DNA from: a virus | DNA: 64,000 nt | Virus record (IMG/VR): IMGVR_UViG_3300038405_000273 | Direction: 5' to 3' (one strand) | Shown here: positions 1 through 10,388 of the stretch, one piece after another | How the letters are laid out: every line of letters begins with the position of its first letter | Numbering within the stretch: the first letter of the stretch is position 1 | Translations under genes and position numbers: made by a program | Notes under the pieces: model-generated | The model's database searches: none | What the model was told of the DNA's origin: nothing | What the model saw: only the letters and a program-made list of their open reading frames with translations

Positions 1-183
1 GTAGACGGACCGGCTGAGGCGGTGAAATCGAAGTCCAGGTTCAGCTGCCCTGCTGTGATCAGCGTGGGGGCGGATGGCTGGAAGCTGCCCGTCAGGGCCT
101 TGTTGAACAGCTGCAGCACGATCTCGACGATAACACAGGGCCTCGGTGTGACAAAAATCAGGGTCGGGGGTAGGGTAGACGAG

Positions 184-621
184 ATGGAGCGGCCATTCCT
201 AACTGGTGTGTTGGTCGGCGCCGGCGGCTTGTTCCTCTGGTACAAGCGCGGCTGGTTCGTGAGCCTGTTCCGTCGGGCGACTTCGCACTTTCATGGCGCC
301 GGGCCTGCAGCGGCAGGTGCGCACGAAGCCGCTCTTCGCCATGCGCGCCGGTACGCCTTCGCGGCCGCGCAGGACCGCAGCCCGGTAGCGGGGCTCACGC
401 ATGCCTCGTACGCACTCAACAGCCTCGATCTCATCGAGGAGATCGCCGGCACGGAATCGATTCGAGCTGCTGGCTACGACCCGGTGAAGGTGCGCAAGTT
501 CATCAGCGACCTGCAAGATCGGCACGCCGAGGCGCTGCGCGGCGCCGATCCGTACGTCACGCAGGTGCTCGCGCTCCAGGACAGCTTCGTCGAGCACGGC
601 GCGGCGCCGAACGGGGCGTGA
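184..621 (+). CDS. Hypothetical membrane-anchored protein
   Basis: Within ORF 22..621; start re-picked at ATG 184 (MERPFLTGVLVGAGGLFLWYKR, N-terminal hydrophobic helix); TAGGGT -10-like box 7 nt upstream. Confidence 0.7.
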   Translation: MERPFLTGVLVGAGGLFLWYKRGWFVSLFRRATSHFHGAGPAAAGAHEAALRHARRYAFAAAQDRSPVAGLTHASYALNSLDLIEEIAGTESIRAAGYDPVKVRKFISDLQDRHAEALRGADPYVTQVLALQDSFVEHGAAPNGA

Positions 622-631
622 CCGGCAGTCC

Positions 632-808
632 GTGCTTTCCCTTGCCGCCAAGGCACGCATTCGTCTTGCCATTGCTGCCGTCGCGCTCGTACCTGTGGCG
701 CTTCTCGCACGTGCTGTCGCTAGCGGACGGCTGACCGAGTTCGTCCAGCGGCGCTGGGCACAGCAGTGGAAGCGCTACGACGCAGCCGCGCGCAAGCCGG
801 CGCCGTAG
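632..808 (+). CDS. Small membrane protein (58 aa)
   Basis: Read by hand, below the ORF-track length cutoff: GTG start, MLSLAAKARIRLAIAAVALVPVALLARAV...RRWAQQWKRYDAAARKPAP. Confidence 0.5.
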   Translation: MLSLAAKARIRLAIAAVALVPVALLARAVASGRLTEFVQRRWAQQWKRYDAAARKPAP

Positions 809-809
809 C

Positions 810-924
810 TCACGTCGCGTCGCCGTCGGTGATGTAGCCGTGCCAGGCGCAGCCGCCGATCGTCTCAACGTATCGGTGCGTGCGCTCGTCCGAGAAACTT
901 CGGATCGAGGTCGCGCAGCCTCAC
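810..924 (-). pseudogene. Internally deleted, frameshifted remnant of a small Cys/His protein
   Basis: GTGA overlap with the upstream stop; frame A MRLRDLDPKFL, frame B SDERTHRYVETIGGCAWHGYITDG; span is 115 nt (not a multiple of 3). Confidence 0.4.
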
Positions 925-1160
925 GTCTGAGGAGTCGGCGGATTCGCGGCGGCCTTGAGCGACGCCTTGAGTGCATCAATCTCGGTCTTGTGCTGCAGCA
1001 GCATGCGCCGCTGTGCGTTCTGCTGCTCCGCGAGGAGGCGCGTCAGCTGCGCTGCGTGTTGCTCGCGCAGCGCGATCTCGGCAGGCGAGATCTCGTCACT
1101 CGCCATGATCTGCTGCATGAGCTGTTGCGGCGCCTGCTGGGATGGCTGAGGGTTGTTCAT
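921..1160 (-). CDS. Gln-rich coiled-coil hypothetical protein
   Basis: 79 aa ORF with heptad-like helix; co-oriented with the fibre genes. Confidence 0.7.
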   Translation of the reverse strand: MNNPQPSQQAPQQLMQQIMASDEISPAEIALREQHAAQLTRLLAEQQNAQRRMLLQHKTEIDALKASLKAAANPPTPQT

Positions 1161-1202
1161 GCGGCCGAGTCTGCCAGCAATAGATCAGCGCCGCAATAGG
1201 AC

Positions 1203-4200
1203 TTACGGGAAGATGCCGAAGTTGAAGCAGACGTTCACGTCGGTCAGTGTCCCGTCGGACGTGCGGCGGATGTAGAGCGTCTTGGGCGAGTTCCCGAAGG
1301 CGCCGTCGACGCACGAGACGGTGAAGCCTGGAGACGTGTTGTCGAGCACGCCGGCCGTGAAGACGTAGTTCGGGAACTGCACGGTGACAGGGCTCGCGCT
1401 GATCTGCCACTGGCCGGTACCGACGTGCGTCGCGGTGCAGTTGTGGCAGTTTTGGGTTACGCCATCCCCGCCGAGCACACCGCTGCACTCGGATATGCGC
1501 TGCCCGTGAACGGTGACGTGGCCGCCCGTGAAGACGTCGCCAGTAAGGGAGGAGATGCCGCTAACCTGCAAGCTGCCGCCACTACCAACCGAGATACCAC
1601 CCGCACCGACAAAGAGCGTGTTTGCGATCGTCGTGTCGCCCGCTGCAGAGATGGTCAGCCGTGCTACTCCGTTCGTTGACAGGAATAGCTGATGTGCGTC
1701 GCTCGTGCCTACGACCAAGTCCTGCCCAGCAGTATTGAAGTAGTCTTGCGCATGTACGTCTCGACTGACGTGCAAATCGCTTGAGAACGTTCCGACCCCG
1801 GTCGAGTCCAGCGTGAGGATGGTCGTTCCGTTCACACTCAGAAATATTGACTGCGTATCGAGTGTAGCCAGTGTTAGCCCCGTCCCGAGAGGCGCAGCAA
1901 TGCCAAACGTCGCATACACCCTTCCTGCAAACGTCACAGCGCCATTCTGCAGCGGGCCTGCCGTGATGTCGACGAGCCCGAGCGTGCCGCTCACTTGGAG
2001 GACGTTTCCGAGAAAGACCGGATACGACGGGACGTTGTTTGTCGCGTTTCCAGCGTTGGTTGGACTTAGGTAGGCGCTATCTCCTGGGTTCGGTGCCGAG
2101 TCGAACTGGATCCATTGCGGTCCTGCTGTCCCTACGACCACACGGCTATTCGCGGCGCCAGTTGAAATGCTAACGCCAACAATTCCAACGGAATGGACCG
2201 AATCGCCTTTCGCCGGGATGACACGCCCGTTGACCTGTTGGCGAACGACGCTATAGCGGTTCGTTCCGGTGCCAGTGTCGGTTGGGTAGGTCTCCTGGAA
2301 GCGCTGGGGAGCATTCTGGCTTGAAATGATCTGGTTTCCGGCGGGATCCACGATCCCATTGGCAGCATCAGCCCAACTGACAATCGTGCCGTCCGAAAGC
2401 CGGATGTCGCCCAACGAGCCGGTGACTGTAGGCGCCCCGTTAAGGACGACCGTCGCACCCTGCGCGTTCGTCATGTCGAGCCCGACATCGCTGTTGCCCG
2501 TCGATCCCGCCGTGTTATTGGAGAGCGCCAGGACCGTACCGCGGCCACGCAGTAGAATCGCCGGCAACAGGCCCGAGCCCGTGATGGTGAGTAGGTTGAC
2601 GACGAGGGGTGCGCGAACGTCGAGGCCACCTACACCTGCTCTTGGTCCGATGACGCGAACAGGTGAGCCACTGCTGCCAATAGCCGCGCTGGTCGAATTC
2701 CACTGCGTGCTATCCCAGATGATCCCGCCACCAGCGACCGCGCCGGCTTGGATTACGCCAGCCGTGCCCCCAGACAGCGTGAGCGTGCTCGTAACTGCTA
2801 CGAGGCGCATAGTAGTCGAATATATGCCGTTCGTACAGCTCGCCGCGCTTCCCCACAGACCGCCGCCGACGGTATAGCTCGTGGCCACAAGCGGATCGAT
2901 ATACGAGTTTGCGACGAACAAGCACGACCCGAGTTGAGCGGTGATTACTCCGCCTAGACATCCAATAGTCGTAGCAATCGACGCGTTGATCGTGATGCTG
3001 GCAAATGAGATACCTACGAACTGAATACCTGCGTTGGCAATAGCGTTGCCCTTGTTTCCCTGGCCGCTGTAGTTCGTGGCCGGATAGGATAGCCCTGGCA
3101 TCTCTAGATAAAAGCGGTCGCTAGTGCTAGGCGTAGCAGGCAACGCCGAGTCGAGAGTGACAGTATCGGTTCCGCTGACAATGATCACCGTGCGGCACAC
3201 ATTTCGCAGCGCTGTCGTTGCCGTAGCGCTATCGAACCGGATGCGGCCCATCAGTGGTAATGCTGGTTCGGCAGGCAGTGCGGCTGCACCGCCGCCAGCC
3301 TGCTGCATTTTAATCACCTTCGTAGTGGGACTACCGATCGGGTTATAACCACCGGAATTGCAACCGGTAGAAGTGGTGAACCCGCAAAAAGTGCGATCTG
3401 CTGTGTCGTCAGCAAACGCGATAGAGCTTGCCGTTGCATTTGTCGTGGTACCACGCACGAGGCTAGCAGCGGATAGACCGCTTGCACCGCCGAGAAGCGT
3501 TTCGATGTCGGCTGTTGCATACGTCTGCGCCGCGACAATCAGCCGGAAAGTCCGACCGGCGTATTGTTGGGGCATAATCGCCTGCAAACCCGCAACCGTC
3601 TTCTTCGCTTGTGTCGCCGGGTTGTACGGGCCCGCGCTATCCGAGTAGCCGGGATTTGCATCGCTTCCGTTCACGGGATCGAGAAGGAACGTGCGTACAG
3701 TCGTCAGCGCCCATGTCGCGATCAGATTGTGTTGGCTAATGTTTCCGGTCACGATCAGATCGCCGCCGACGCTTTCGTTCCCAGTGATAGAGGAATTGCC
3801 CGACACGCTCAGGCTGCCACCATCGTTGATCGTGAGACCGCCACCGCCACTCAGCGTGATCGCTCCGCCGCTCACGAACAGGCCGTTCGAGAACGTGCCG
3901 AGTCCGACCGCCGTCAGCGTGCTGTTGAACGTCGCCGCGAGCATGACGCCGAGCGTCCCGCCGATAGTCGCGTTGTTCAGCACGGCAAGCGTGTTGAGCG
4001 TGGCAACGCCGGAGCACTGAATCGCGGCAGCGAAGACCGTTCCGCTGACCGTCAAGTCGTGGACGACGCTGACGGAGCTGTCGAAAACAGCGGCCGTCTG
4101 AACCGTAATTCCGCCGGGGACGACCAGGCTACCCGGAAGCACCATGGGATCCGGGATGCCCATTTGCACTGCGCCTTGCGCGCCGATGTTGCTGGGCGAC

Positions 4201-6485
4201 AAGAAGATCGCGTTCGGTGCTTGCGTCGTCAGGCTGGAAACGCCCGCTCCGCCTCCGCCGCCACCGGCTGGCCCTTGCGCGCCGGTACCGCCCTGCGCGC
4301 CTTGGAAACCCTGAGCGCCTTGCGCGCCGACGCCAGGGCCTTGAGCACCCTGGGCGCCCTGAAAGCCTTGCGCACCCGAGCCTGGACCTTGCGCGCCGGT
4401 AGAGCCCTGAAAGCCTTGCGCGCCCTGCGCACCCGAGCCCGCTGGGCCTTGAAACCCTTGCTGACCGTTCGCGCCCTGTGCCCCCTGCACGCCGATGAAA
4501 CCTGCAGGGCCCTGATTGCCTTGCGCTCCCTGCGCACCCGAGCCTGTCGCGCCCTGGAAGCCTTGCGCTCCTTGCTGCCCAGCCGGCCCGGACGTCCCGG
4601 TTGCGCCTTGCTGCCCAAGAGCGCCTTGGGCGCCCTGGAAGCCCTGCGTACCGGTCGCACCTTGGGAGCCTTGAGGACCGCCGCTCGGACCCTGCGGCCC
4701 TTGCGCGCCTTGGTTGCCCTGCGCGCCGCCGCTCGGCCCTTGCGCGCCGGTAGCACCTTGGGCGCCTTGAGCACCCGAGCCGGTCGCGCCTTGAAAGCCC
4801 TGCGAGCCCTGCGCGCCGGTCGCGCCTTGCGCACCGAGGCCGATTTGCCCTTGCGGTCCCTGTGGGCCTGCCGGCCCTTGCGCACCGCCCGTGCCGGTGA
4901 TTCCCTGTGCACCCTGAGCGCCTTGCGCGCCCTGTGAACCGGTTGCGCCCTGCGCGCCGGCGCCGGTGGCACCCTGCGCCCCTTGCGCGCCCTGTGAACC
5001 GGTTGCGCCCTGCGGCCCTTGCGATCCCGGAGGACCGCCGCTCGGGCCTTGGAAACCTTGCGCGCCCTGCGCACCCTGCGCGCCAGATGCAGGACCCTGC
5101 GCGCCGGTCGCGCCTTGCGCACCTTGATTGCCCTGCGAGCCAGTGTTGCCCTGCGCCCCCTGCACGCCGGTGAAGCCCGTCGGGCCCTGCGAGCCCTGGA
5201 AACCCTGAGCGCCTTGCGCGCCTGAGCCAGTCGCGCCCTGGAATCCCTGTGTTCCAGTCGCGCCCTGAAAGCCTTGCGCACCTGTCGCGCCTTGCGCGCC
5301 CGAGCCCGCGGGACCCTGAGCACCTTGCGCGCCTTGATTACCCGTGGCGCCCGAGCCGGTCGCTCCTTGGAAGCCTTGAGCGCCCTGAAAGCCCTGCGTT
5401 CCAGTCGCGCCTTGCAAGCCCTGCGGACCGGCCGATCCTTGAGCGCCGTTCGCGCCCTGGAAACCCTGCGCGCCTTGGCTGCCGACACCGGGGCCCTGTG
5501 CGCCCTGCGCACCCTGGAAGCCTTGAGAACCCTGCGCGCCGCCGCTCGGGCCCTGCGCGCCTGTTGCACCTTGGAATCCTTGCGATCCCGAGCCCGTCGC
5601 ACCCTGAGCCCCCTGGAAACCTTGCGTTCCCGTATTCCCCTGCGCACCTTGCGCGCCTGCGCCGGTCGCACCCTGGAAGCCTTGCGAACCCGTCGGACCC
5701 TGAGCACCGGTGGCGCCGGTCGTTCCGGTCACACCTTGCGCGCCTTGAGCGCCCTGGGCGCCGAAACCGATTTGGCCGGTTGCTCCCTGCGCACCTTGCG
5801 ACCCCTGTGCGCCTTGCGCCCCGGTGGCGCCGGTCGCCCCTTGCGCACCTTGCGCGCCCTGCGCCCCCTGCAGACCTTGGCCACCCTGCGCGCCGCCGCT
5901 CGGCCCCTGCGCGCCTGTTGCACCTTGGAATCCTTGCGCACCCTGCGAACCCACGCCGGGACCCTGCGGACCTTGCGCGCCCTGAAAGCCCTGGGCTCCT
6001 TGTGCACCTTGCACGCCTGGAAACCCGCGATCGCCTTGCGCGCCCTGCGGACCACCGAAACTTCCTTGTGAACCCTGCGGACCCTGCGCGCCGGTGCCGC
6101 CGCTGCCGAACGCGCACATGACGGTGTTCGTCGACGGGTACAGCAGCGGATCGGTCAGCGTTCCGATCGATACAGCAAGCGGCGGGGCGACATTCGTCGC
6201 GCGGCCCGGCATCGTCGCGGAGATGTAGAGCGGCTGCTGCGCAGTGATCGTGAGGCCAGGCTCTAACAGAACTGGCGCTTCGCCGACGGACCAGACCGTG
6301 ACCTTTCCGCCGGGGTTGACGACGCCCGAGAAGGCTGCGCCGACGTAGCCGGTGACGTTCGCCTGAGAGTCAGCAGATGCGCGCTTGCACTGGTTCGTCC
6401 CAGCGACACGGAGCAGCTCCCCCGAGACGATCGGGGTAGCGGTGACGTTCGTGAACGGAGGGAGGATTACGCCGTCTGCAGCCAT
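1203..6485 (-). CDS. Long collagen-like virion fibre protein (1760 aa)
   Basis: About 600 aa of Gly-X-Y repeats, N-terminal module shared with 6538..8157, [14 protein letters not shown] motif typical of entry to a beta-helix region, beta-rich C-terminus. Confidence 0.92.
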   Translation of the reverse strand: MAADGVILPPFTNVTATPIVSGELLRVAGTNQCKRASADSQANVTGYVGAAFSGVVNPGGKVTVWSVGEAPVLLEPGLTITAQQPLYISATMPGRATNVAPPLAVSIGTLTDPLLYPSTNTVMCAFGSGGTGAQGPQGSQGSFGGPQGAQGDRGFPGVQGAQGAQGFQGAQGPQGPGVGSQGAQGFQGATGAQGPSGGAQGGQGLQGAQGAQGAQGATGATGAQGAQGSQGAQGATGQIGFGAQGAQGAQGVTGTTGATGAQGPTGSQGFQGATGAGAQGAQGNTGTQGFQGAQGATGSGSQGFQGATGAQGPSGGAQGSQGFQGAQGAQGPGVGSQGAQGFQGANGAQGSAGPQGLQGATGTQGFQGAQGFQGATGSGATGNQGAQGAQGPAGSGAQGATGAQGFQGATGTQGFQGATGSGAQGAQGFQGSQGPTGFTGVQGAQGNTGSQGNQGAQGATGAQGPASGAQGAQGAQGFQGPSGGPPGSQGPQGATGSQGAQGAQGATGAGAQGATGSQGAQGAQGAQGITGTGGAQGPAGPQGPQGQIGLGAQGATGAQGSQGFQGATGSGAQGAQGATGAQGPSGGAQGNQGAQGPQGPSGGPQGSQGATGTQGFQGAQGALGQQGATGTSGPAGQQGAQGFQGATGSGAQGAQGNQGPAGFIGVQGAQGANGQQGFQGPAGSGAQGAQGFQGSTGAQGPGSGAQGFQGAQGAQGPGVGAQGAQGFQGAQGGTGAQGPAGGGGGGAGVSSLTTQAPNAIFLSPSNIGAQGAVQMGIPDPMVLPGSLVVPGGITVQTAAVFDSSVSVVHDLTVSGTVFAAAIQCSGVATLNTLAVLNNATIGGTLGVMLAATFNSTLTAVGLGTFSNGLFVSGGAITLSGGGGLTINDGGSLSVSGNSSITGNESVGGDLIVTGNISQHNLIATWALTTVRTFLLDPVNGSDANPGYSDSAGPYNPATQAKKTVAGLQAIMPQQYAGRTFRLIVAAQTYATADIETLLGGASGLSAASLVRGTTTNATASSIAFADDTADRTFCGFTTSTGCNSGGYNPIGSPTTKVIKMQQAGGGAAALPAEPALPLMGRIRFDSATATTALRNVCRTVIIVSGTDTVTLDSALPATPSTSDRFYLEMPGLSYPATNYSGQGNKGNAIANAGIQFVGISFASITINASIATTIGCLGGVITAQLGSCLFVANSYIDPLVATSYTVGGGLWGSAASCTNGIYSTTMRLVAVTSTLTLSGGTAGVIQAGAVAGGGIIWDSTQWNSTSAAIGSSGSPVRVIGPRAGVGGLDVRAPLVVNLLTITGSGLLPAILLRGRGTVLALSNNTAGSTGNSDVGLDMTNAQGATVVLNGAPTVTGSLGDIRLSDGTIVSWADAANGIVDPAGNQIISSQNAPQRFQETYPTDTGTGTNRYSVVRQQVNGRVIPAKGDSVHSVGIVGVSISTGAANSRVVVGTAGPQWIQFDSAPNPGDSAYLSPTNAGNATNNVPSYPVFLGNVLQVSGTLGLVDITAGPLQNGAVTFAGRVYATFGIAAPLGTGLTLATLDTQSIFLSVNGTTILTLDSTGVGTFSSDLHVSRDVHAQDYFNTAGQDLVVGTSDAHQLFLSTNGVARLTISAAGDTTIANTLFVGAGGISVGSGGSLQVSGISSLTGDVFTGGHVTVHGQRISECSGVLGGDGVTQNCHNCTATHVGTGQWQISASPVTVQFPNYVFTAGVLDNTSPGFTVSCVDGAFGNSPKTLYIRRTSDGTLTDVNVCFNFGIFP
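4270..6090 (-). repeat. Collagen-coding degenerate 9-bp tandem repeats
   Basis: [15 protein letters not shown] triplets; exact 34-bp direct repeat at 4921 and 4981; near-identical ~54-bp repeat at ~5531 and ~5885; boundaries approximate. Confidence 0.95.
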
Positions 6486-6537
6486 GCGCCCTAGCGTACA
6501 CCCGTGAGGCGGGGCGGCGAAATCCTGCAGGACGTGC

Positions 6538-8157
6538 TCAGTTATACATCTTGAGCGTAGCAGTAAAGTCGATCTCGGTCTGCCCCTCGCCCGAAGTCGT
6601 TGCGAGCACAGACACGAAGTCGCCGACGTTGACCGTATGTGCGTTTGCAGCGATGGCTGTACCCGTCGCGAACAGTGTCGCAGTGATCCCAGTGGAGACG
6701 CCGTTTACATAGACGGTAAGCACCACGTTGGGAGGACCGACGAACGTAATCACGTTCACGTAGAGCACGATGTTCGCCGTACTGATGGGGGCATACCACG
6801 CCCAGACCGGGCTTTCGCCCTGATTGTTGTCCATCAGGTTCACAGCTGATGTCGGGCGCACGAAGAACGACGCAGGTGCATTCAGCAGATTGTTGTTGTT
6901 CGCACTTCCACCGCCGAACGACAGGGGGAGCGTCCAAAATCCGAGCGTTCCTTGAAAGCCTTGGGCGCCTTGGGCGCCTTGAAAGCCCTGCGCGCCCGTC
7001 GAGCCTGTCGCACCGGTGGCGCCCTTCGGACCTTGAAAGCCTTGCGGGCCAGTCGCTCCAGTCGCACCCGTTGAGCCTGTCGCACCGGTGGTGCCCTGAA
7101 AACCTTGCGATCCCTGCGCGCCAGTCGTCCCGGTCGCACCCGTGTTGCCTTGCGCGCCTGTTTTTCCTTGCGCGCCTTGGAAGCCTTGGGCGCCCTGAGC
7201 ACCTGAACCGGTCGCGCCTTGAGCACCAGTCGCACCCTGAAAACCCTGCGATCCGCTTGAACCTTGCGCCCCTGCCCCGGTGGCACCTTGCGCGCCGTTG
7301 GCACCTTGAGCACCAGTGGCGCCTTGCGCCCCTTGAAAGCCAGCACCCGTCGCGCCCTGTGCACCGTTTGGGCCTTGGGCACCCGTCGCACCCTGCGCCC
7401 CTTGTGCACCTGCGCCGGGGCCCTGCGGACCGGTGGCGCCCTGAGCACCTTGAAAGCCTGCACCCTGCGAGCCCTGCGCGCCTTGCACGCCAGTCGCGCC
7501 CTGAAAACCCTGCGTTCCAGTCGCGCCCTGAGCACCGATGGAACCTTGCGCACCCGTCGCACCCTGTGATCCTTGAACGCCGGTCGCGCCCTGGAAACCT
7601 TGTGGGCCGGCAACACCTTGAGCGCCGATGGCACCCTGTGATCCTTGAACGCCGGTGGCACCTTGGAAGCCCTGTGCGCCGACGCCAGGACCCTGCGGAC
7701 CTTGCGGACCGGTCGCACCCTGGGCGCCTTGCGCGCCCGACCCGCCGCTGCCGAGGCCAGATGCAGGCAGTACGGCTTCGACCTTCCCTGTGCGAGCGTA
7801 CGCGCCTGCGTCGATGATCGTGCCGATCGGGATGGCGATCCCCGGCTCCACATTCGTCGCGTAGCCCGCTGTGGTCTCCGAGATGTAGAGCGTCTGTCCC
7901 TCAACGGGAGTGAGCCCCTGTTCGAGCAGCACGAGCGCGCGGCCGTCGGTCTTGACCAGCACAACGCCTGACGCGCTCGGCGTCTTGTTGATCTGCCCCG
8001 AGATGATAACGCCGACGTAGCCCTGTACGTGTGGATTCGAGTCGGCGATCGCACGTACGACTTGGTCCCTGCCCGACACACGGACGATGTGCCCCTCGAC
8101 GAGAGGAACGGTGTCCGCGTTGTAAAGCGGTGGGATTATTGTGCCGTCACCTGCCAT
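6538..8157 (-). CDS. Shorter collagen-like virion fibre protein (539 aa)
   Basis: About 260 aa of Gly-X-Y repeats, N-terminal module paralogous to 1203..6485, small beta-rich C-terminal domain. Confidence 0.92.
   Translation of the reverse strand: MAGDGTIIPPLYNADTVPLVEGHIVRVSGRDQVVRAIADSNPHVQGYVGVIISGQINKTPSASGVVLVKTDGRALVLLEQGLTPVEGQTLYISETTAGYATNVEPGIAIPIGTIIDAGAYARTGKVEAVLPASGLGSGGSGAQGAQGATGPQGPQGPGVGAQGFQGATGVQGSQGAIGAQGVAGPQGFQGATGVQGSQGATGAQGSIGAQGATGTQGFQGATGVQGAQGSQGAGFQGAQGATGPQGPGAGAQGAQGATGAQGPNGAQGATGAGFQGAQGATGAQGANGAQGATGAGAQGSSGSQGFQGATGAQGATGSGAQGAQGFQGAQGKTGAQGNTGATGTTGAQGSQGFQGTTGATGSTGATGATGPQGFQGPKGATGATGSTGAQGFQGAQGAQGFQGTLGFWTLPLSFGGGSANNNNLLNAPASFFVRPTSAVNLMDNNQGESPVWAWYAPISTANIVLYVNVITFVGPPNVVLTVYVNGVSTGITATLFATGTAIAANAHTVNVGDFVSVLATTSGEGQTEIDFTATLKMYN
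6955..7740 (-). repeat. Collagen-coding degenerate 9-bp tandem repeats
   Basis: GAQ/GAT/GFQ triplets; boundaries approximate. Confidence 0.95.
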
Positions 8158-8395
8158 GGGCTCGCTTTCGTCGAGGGCGCCCGAGCAGCATGTCGAGGCG
8201 CCGTTCTAGTTTCGCGCGGGCGGTCTGTGCGTACCGGTGCATCGCCGCGCAGCTTCCGCGATCGGCGGCGGTGCGAGCGGCGCTCAAAGCACGCGTGATC
8301 GCGGCGCGGGTGGACGGCGGAAGCGCGCGGGCTACACCGCGATAGGTGTCGGCAGTGTCGACGAGCACGCGAGTGTTGCAGGAGCGCGAGGGCAC
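8147..8395 (-). CDS. Small basic protein
   Basis: 82 aa ending [14 protein letters not shown]; overlaps the start of the fibre gene. Confidence 0.6.
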   Translation of the reverse strand: MPSRSCNTRVLVDTADTYRGVARALPPSTRAAITRALSAARTAADRGSCAAMHRYAQTARAKLERRLDMLLGRPRRKRAHGR

Positions 8396-8399
8396 AGGG

Positions 8400-8765
8400 T
8401 CAGCGCCTCCGACGTCGACGTCGCCTCGACCCGTGCATCGACGACGCGGGTATGTACGTGCCTCGCTTCGTACGGATCATGTAGATCCGGCGGCTCATCG
8501 GGTTGCGCTTCTTCGGCTTCGGCTTGAGGAAGTCGAAGATACCGCTCAGGTCGCCGCGCCGTCGCGCACGTCGCTCGGCCGCCACCAGCTCGTCGCAGCC
8601 CACCATGAGCATCCGTCGCGCACGTCGAGCCTCGGACACCGTGATTTTGTGGTGCTTGGGATAGTTGACGCTGTTGATCGCGCGCCCGTTCCACATCAGC
8701 ACTGCAGCGGGACCGTGCGGCGAGCGCTGGAAGCGCACAGTGCAGCTCGACTTTCGGAAGGCCAT
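8400..8765 (-). CDS. Arg-rich basic protein
   Basis: Start MAFRKSS at 8765 is coupled (TGATG) to the upstream gene; ends MHGSRRRRRRRR. Confidence 0.65.
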   Translation of the reverse strand: MAFRKSSCTVRFQRSPHGPAAVLMWNGRAINSVNYPKHHKITVSEARRARRMLMVGCDELVAAERRARRRGDLSGIFDFLKPKPKKRNPMSRRIYMIRTKRGTYIPASSMHGSRRRRRRRR

Positions 8766-9121
8766 CAGCGGCGTCGCCTCCGCCGCGCTCGCACACGCCT
8801 TGGCAGGTGCATCAGCCAGAACGTCGGGAAGCCGAGGCCACGTCGGCGGCGCTTCGCTTTGCGCGCGCCGCTGAAGCCTTTCGGTGGCTTCTTCATCGGC
8901 CGCAGGCTCACGCTCATATGGTCGCCGTACCCACGCCCGGCATACCACTGCCCGTCGACTTTGAAGCGGTAGCTGCAGCGCTCGTTCGAGATCCACGAGC
9001 CGGGCGCGCCCGGTCGGATGCGCGTGCAGCTCACCTTGTGGCCGTGGCCGATCACGTTACCGGCGCCATCGGTGAGCACGCGGCCACCGTCCTTGACGTA
9101 GCCGCCGATCTTCCCAGCCAT
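8765..9121 (-). CDS. Arg-rich basic protein
   Basis: Start MAGKIGG at 9121 (TGATG coupling); contains FSGARKAKRRRRGLG, ends RVRARRRRRR. Confidence 0.7.
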   Translation of the reverse strand: MAGKIGGYVKDGGRVLTDGAGNVIGHGHKVSCTRIRPGAPGSWISNERCSYRFKVDGQWYAGRGYGDHMSVSLRPMKKPPKGFSGARKAKRRRRGLGFPTFWLMHLPRRVRARRRRRR

Positions 9122-9357
9122 CAGCGGCGCCTCCGACGACGCTTTGCCTTGCGTGCACCCCACAAATTGGCAGGCGTCTCGCGTGCACATGCGCCCACCG
9201 TCACGGTGCGCCGGGTGACGACGTTCGTGAGCGTCCAACAGTCGCCATTCGCCTTGCCGTCGCGCGAAAAGTCGGCGACGTCCGACGACGGCAGCGGCTT
9301 CGCCCAGCGCGGCCAGTCCCAGCGCTTGCCGTTCTTCTTGGTGATGATGTACGGCAC
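9121..9357 (-). CDS. Arg-rich basic protein
   Basis: 78 aa ending LWGARKAKRRRRRR. Confidence 0.7.
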   Translation of the reverse strand: MPYIITKKNGKRWDWPRWAKPLPSSDVADFSRDGKANGDCWTLTNVVTRRTVTVGACARETPANLWGARKAKRRRRRR

Positions 9358-9359
9358 GA

Positions 9360-9473
9360 TCAGCGCTCCCCTCGCACACGCTTGCTCGGCAGCTCCCGCA
9401 CAGCCTTGCGCACCACGACTCCGCGCCCTTTCTTGAGAACGCGTACGCGTGCAATCCGTCGGCGCGTTCTCAC
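9360..9473 (-). CDS. Very small basic peptide (37 aa)
   Basis: GTG start overlapping the upstream stop; MRTRRRIARVRVLKKGRGVVVRKAVRELPSKRVRGER. Confidence 0.45.
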   Translation of the reverse strand: MRTRRRIARVRVLKKGRGVVVRKAVRELPSKRVRGER

Positions 9474-9694
9474 CGCTGCACGCACGTCTTCGGGGTGAAC
9501 ATCCAGATCGCCAACCCGACGGCGAGCACGGTGCCGACGAAGCTGAGCCCTCGATTGCGCTCGATGAGGCATTCCAGGCGCCGTTGTCGGCACATCATGT
9601 GCGCGACCACTGCCGGATGTGCAGAGGGCACCGCCGCGGGCACGACCGCCGTCACCGGATCCGCGGGCGTGTCGCCGAAGGTCATGAGGCTCAT
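9470..9694 (-). CDS. Small protein with C-terminal membrane anchor
   Basis: GLSFVGTVLAVGLAIWMF hydrophobic helix. Confidence 0.6.
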   Translation of the reverse strand: MSLMTFGDTPADPVTAVVPAAVPSAHPAVVAHMMCRQRRLECLIERNRGLSFVGTVLAVGLAIWMFTPKTCVQR

Positions 9695-9734
9695 GCTACG
9701 CCGCCGCTCGGAGAGCGGTCAAATCGGCGTGCGC

Positions 9735-10199
9735 TCAGTCTTCGGCATCGCTCGCGTGCTTCGCCCACAGCACAGCGCCAACGACGAGTCCTGCGACGAC
9801 GAGCCCGCCGATCACCCACTTCCAGGGGAAGCCGCCTTCGCTCGCGCCGAGCAGCTCCACGCCGGGCGCGCCCGCCCAACCCCCGCCGTGCATCATCATC
9901 GCTTGCTGCTGCGCGGGCGCGGCCGCCGGCAGATTGGGCGCGCCGGCGCCGCACGGCAGCCCCGTCAGATCGTGCGTGTGCCCGTCGCTCTCATCGGGGA
10001 GCACGCGGAAATTCTTCACACGGTGAAAATGCCCCGCGTCGACGTCCGTGTTGCCGTCACCGTTCGAGTTGATGAATGCGCCGTGGTTGTGCAGCGGATA
10101 CTGCTTGCTCGGCGTCTGCGAGGTGAGCTGGCAAGGATTCCCGACCGGATGCAGCCGCGCGTACGGCACTGCATCCGGGTTCGGGTAGCGATGCTGCAT
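9735..10199 (-). CDS. His-motif protein with C-terminal membrane anchor
   Basis: Start re-picked at MQHRY (coupled to the upstream stop); HNH, GHFH and GHTH motifs; C-terminal WKWVIGGLVVAGLVVGAVLWAK. Confidence 0.7.
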   Translation of the reverse strand: MQHRYPNPDAVPYARLHPVGNPCQLTSQTPSKQYPLHNHGAFINSNGDGNTDVDAGHFHRVKNFRVLPDESDGHTHDLTGLPCGAGAPNLPAAAPAQQQAMMMHGGGWAGAPGVELLGASEGGFPWKWVIGGLVVAGLVVGAVLWAKHASDAED

Positions 10200-10375
10200 C
10201 AAACCACCCACCGGCGCTTCAGCCGCGAAATGAACGCGTCGATCTTCTTGTATTGGCGCAGCCCTGCCGACGTCATGGAGCGCGCGGCTGCAGCCCGACA
10301 GCTCCACAGCTGGTCATGCAGCCGAATTGCCGCCGCGCGTGTGCGCGGGAGCTTGCGGGGGATGCGACAGGTCAT
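10199..10375 (-). CDS. Small basic protein
   Basis: MTCRIPRKLPRTRAAAIRLHDQLWSC...RLKRRWVV; stop overlaps the next start. Confidence 0.5.
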   Translation of the reverse strand: MTCRIPRKLPRTRAAAIRLHDQLWSCRAAAARSMTSAGLRQYKKIDAFISRLKRRWVV

Positions 10376-10388
10376 CGGGCGCGCTCGA

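Noticed and set aside
1160-1190. Sixth copy of the TGCTAGATTGCTGGC motif (TATTGCTGGCA on the minus strand)
   Set aside because: Only the 3' half matches; the extended -10 part is missing
4270-7740. Repeats as a CRISPR array
   Set aside because: No constant repeat with unique spacers; periodicity is codon-level Gly-X-Y
3564-8081. Many long alternative-frame and antisense ORFs over the collagen genes (e.g. 3564..4937, 4229..5707, 5249..6121, 6882..8081)
   Set aside because: Shadows of GC-rich 9-bp periodic repeats that lack stop codons; translations are repetitive R/A/L strings
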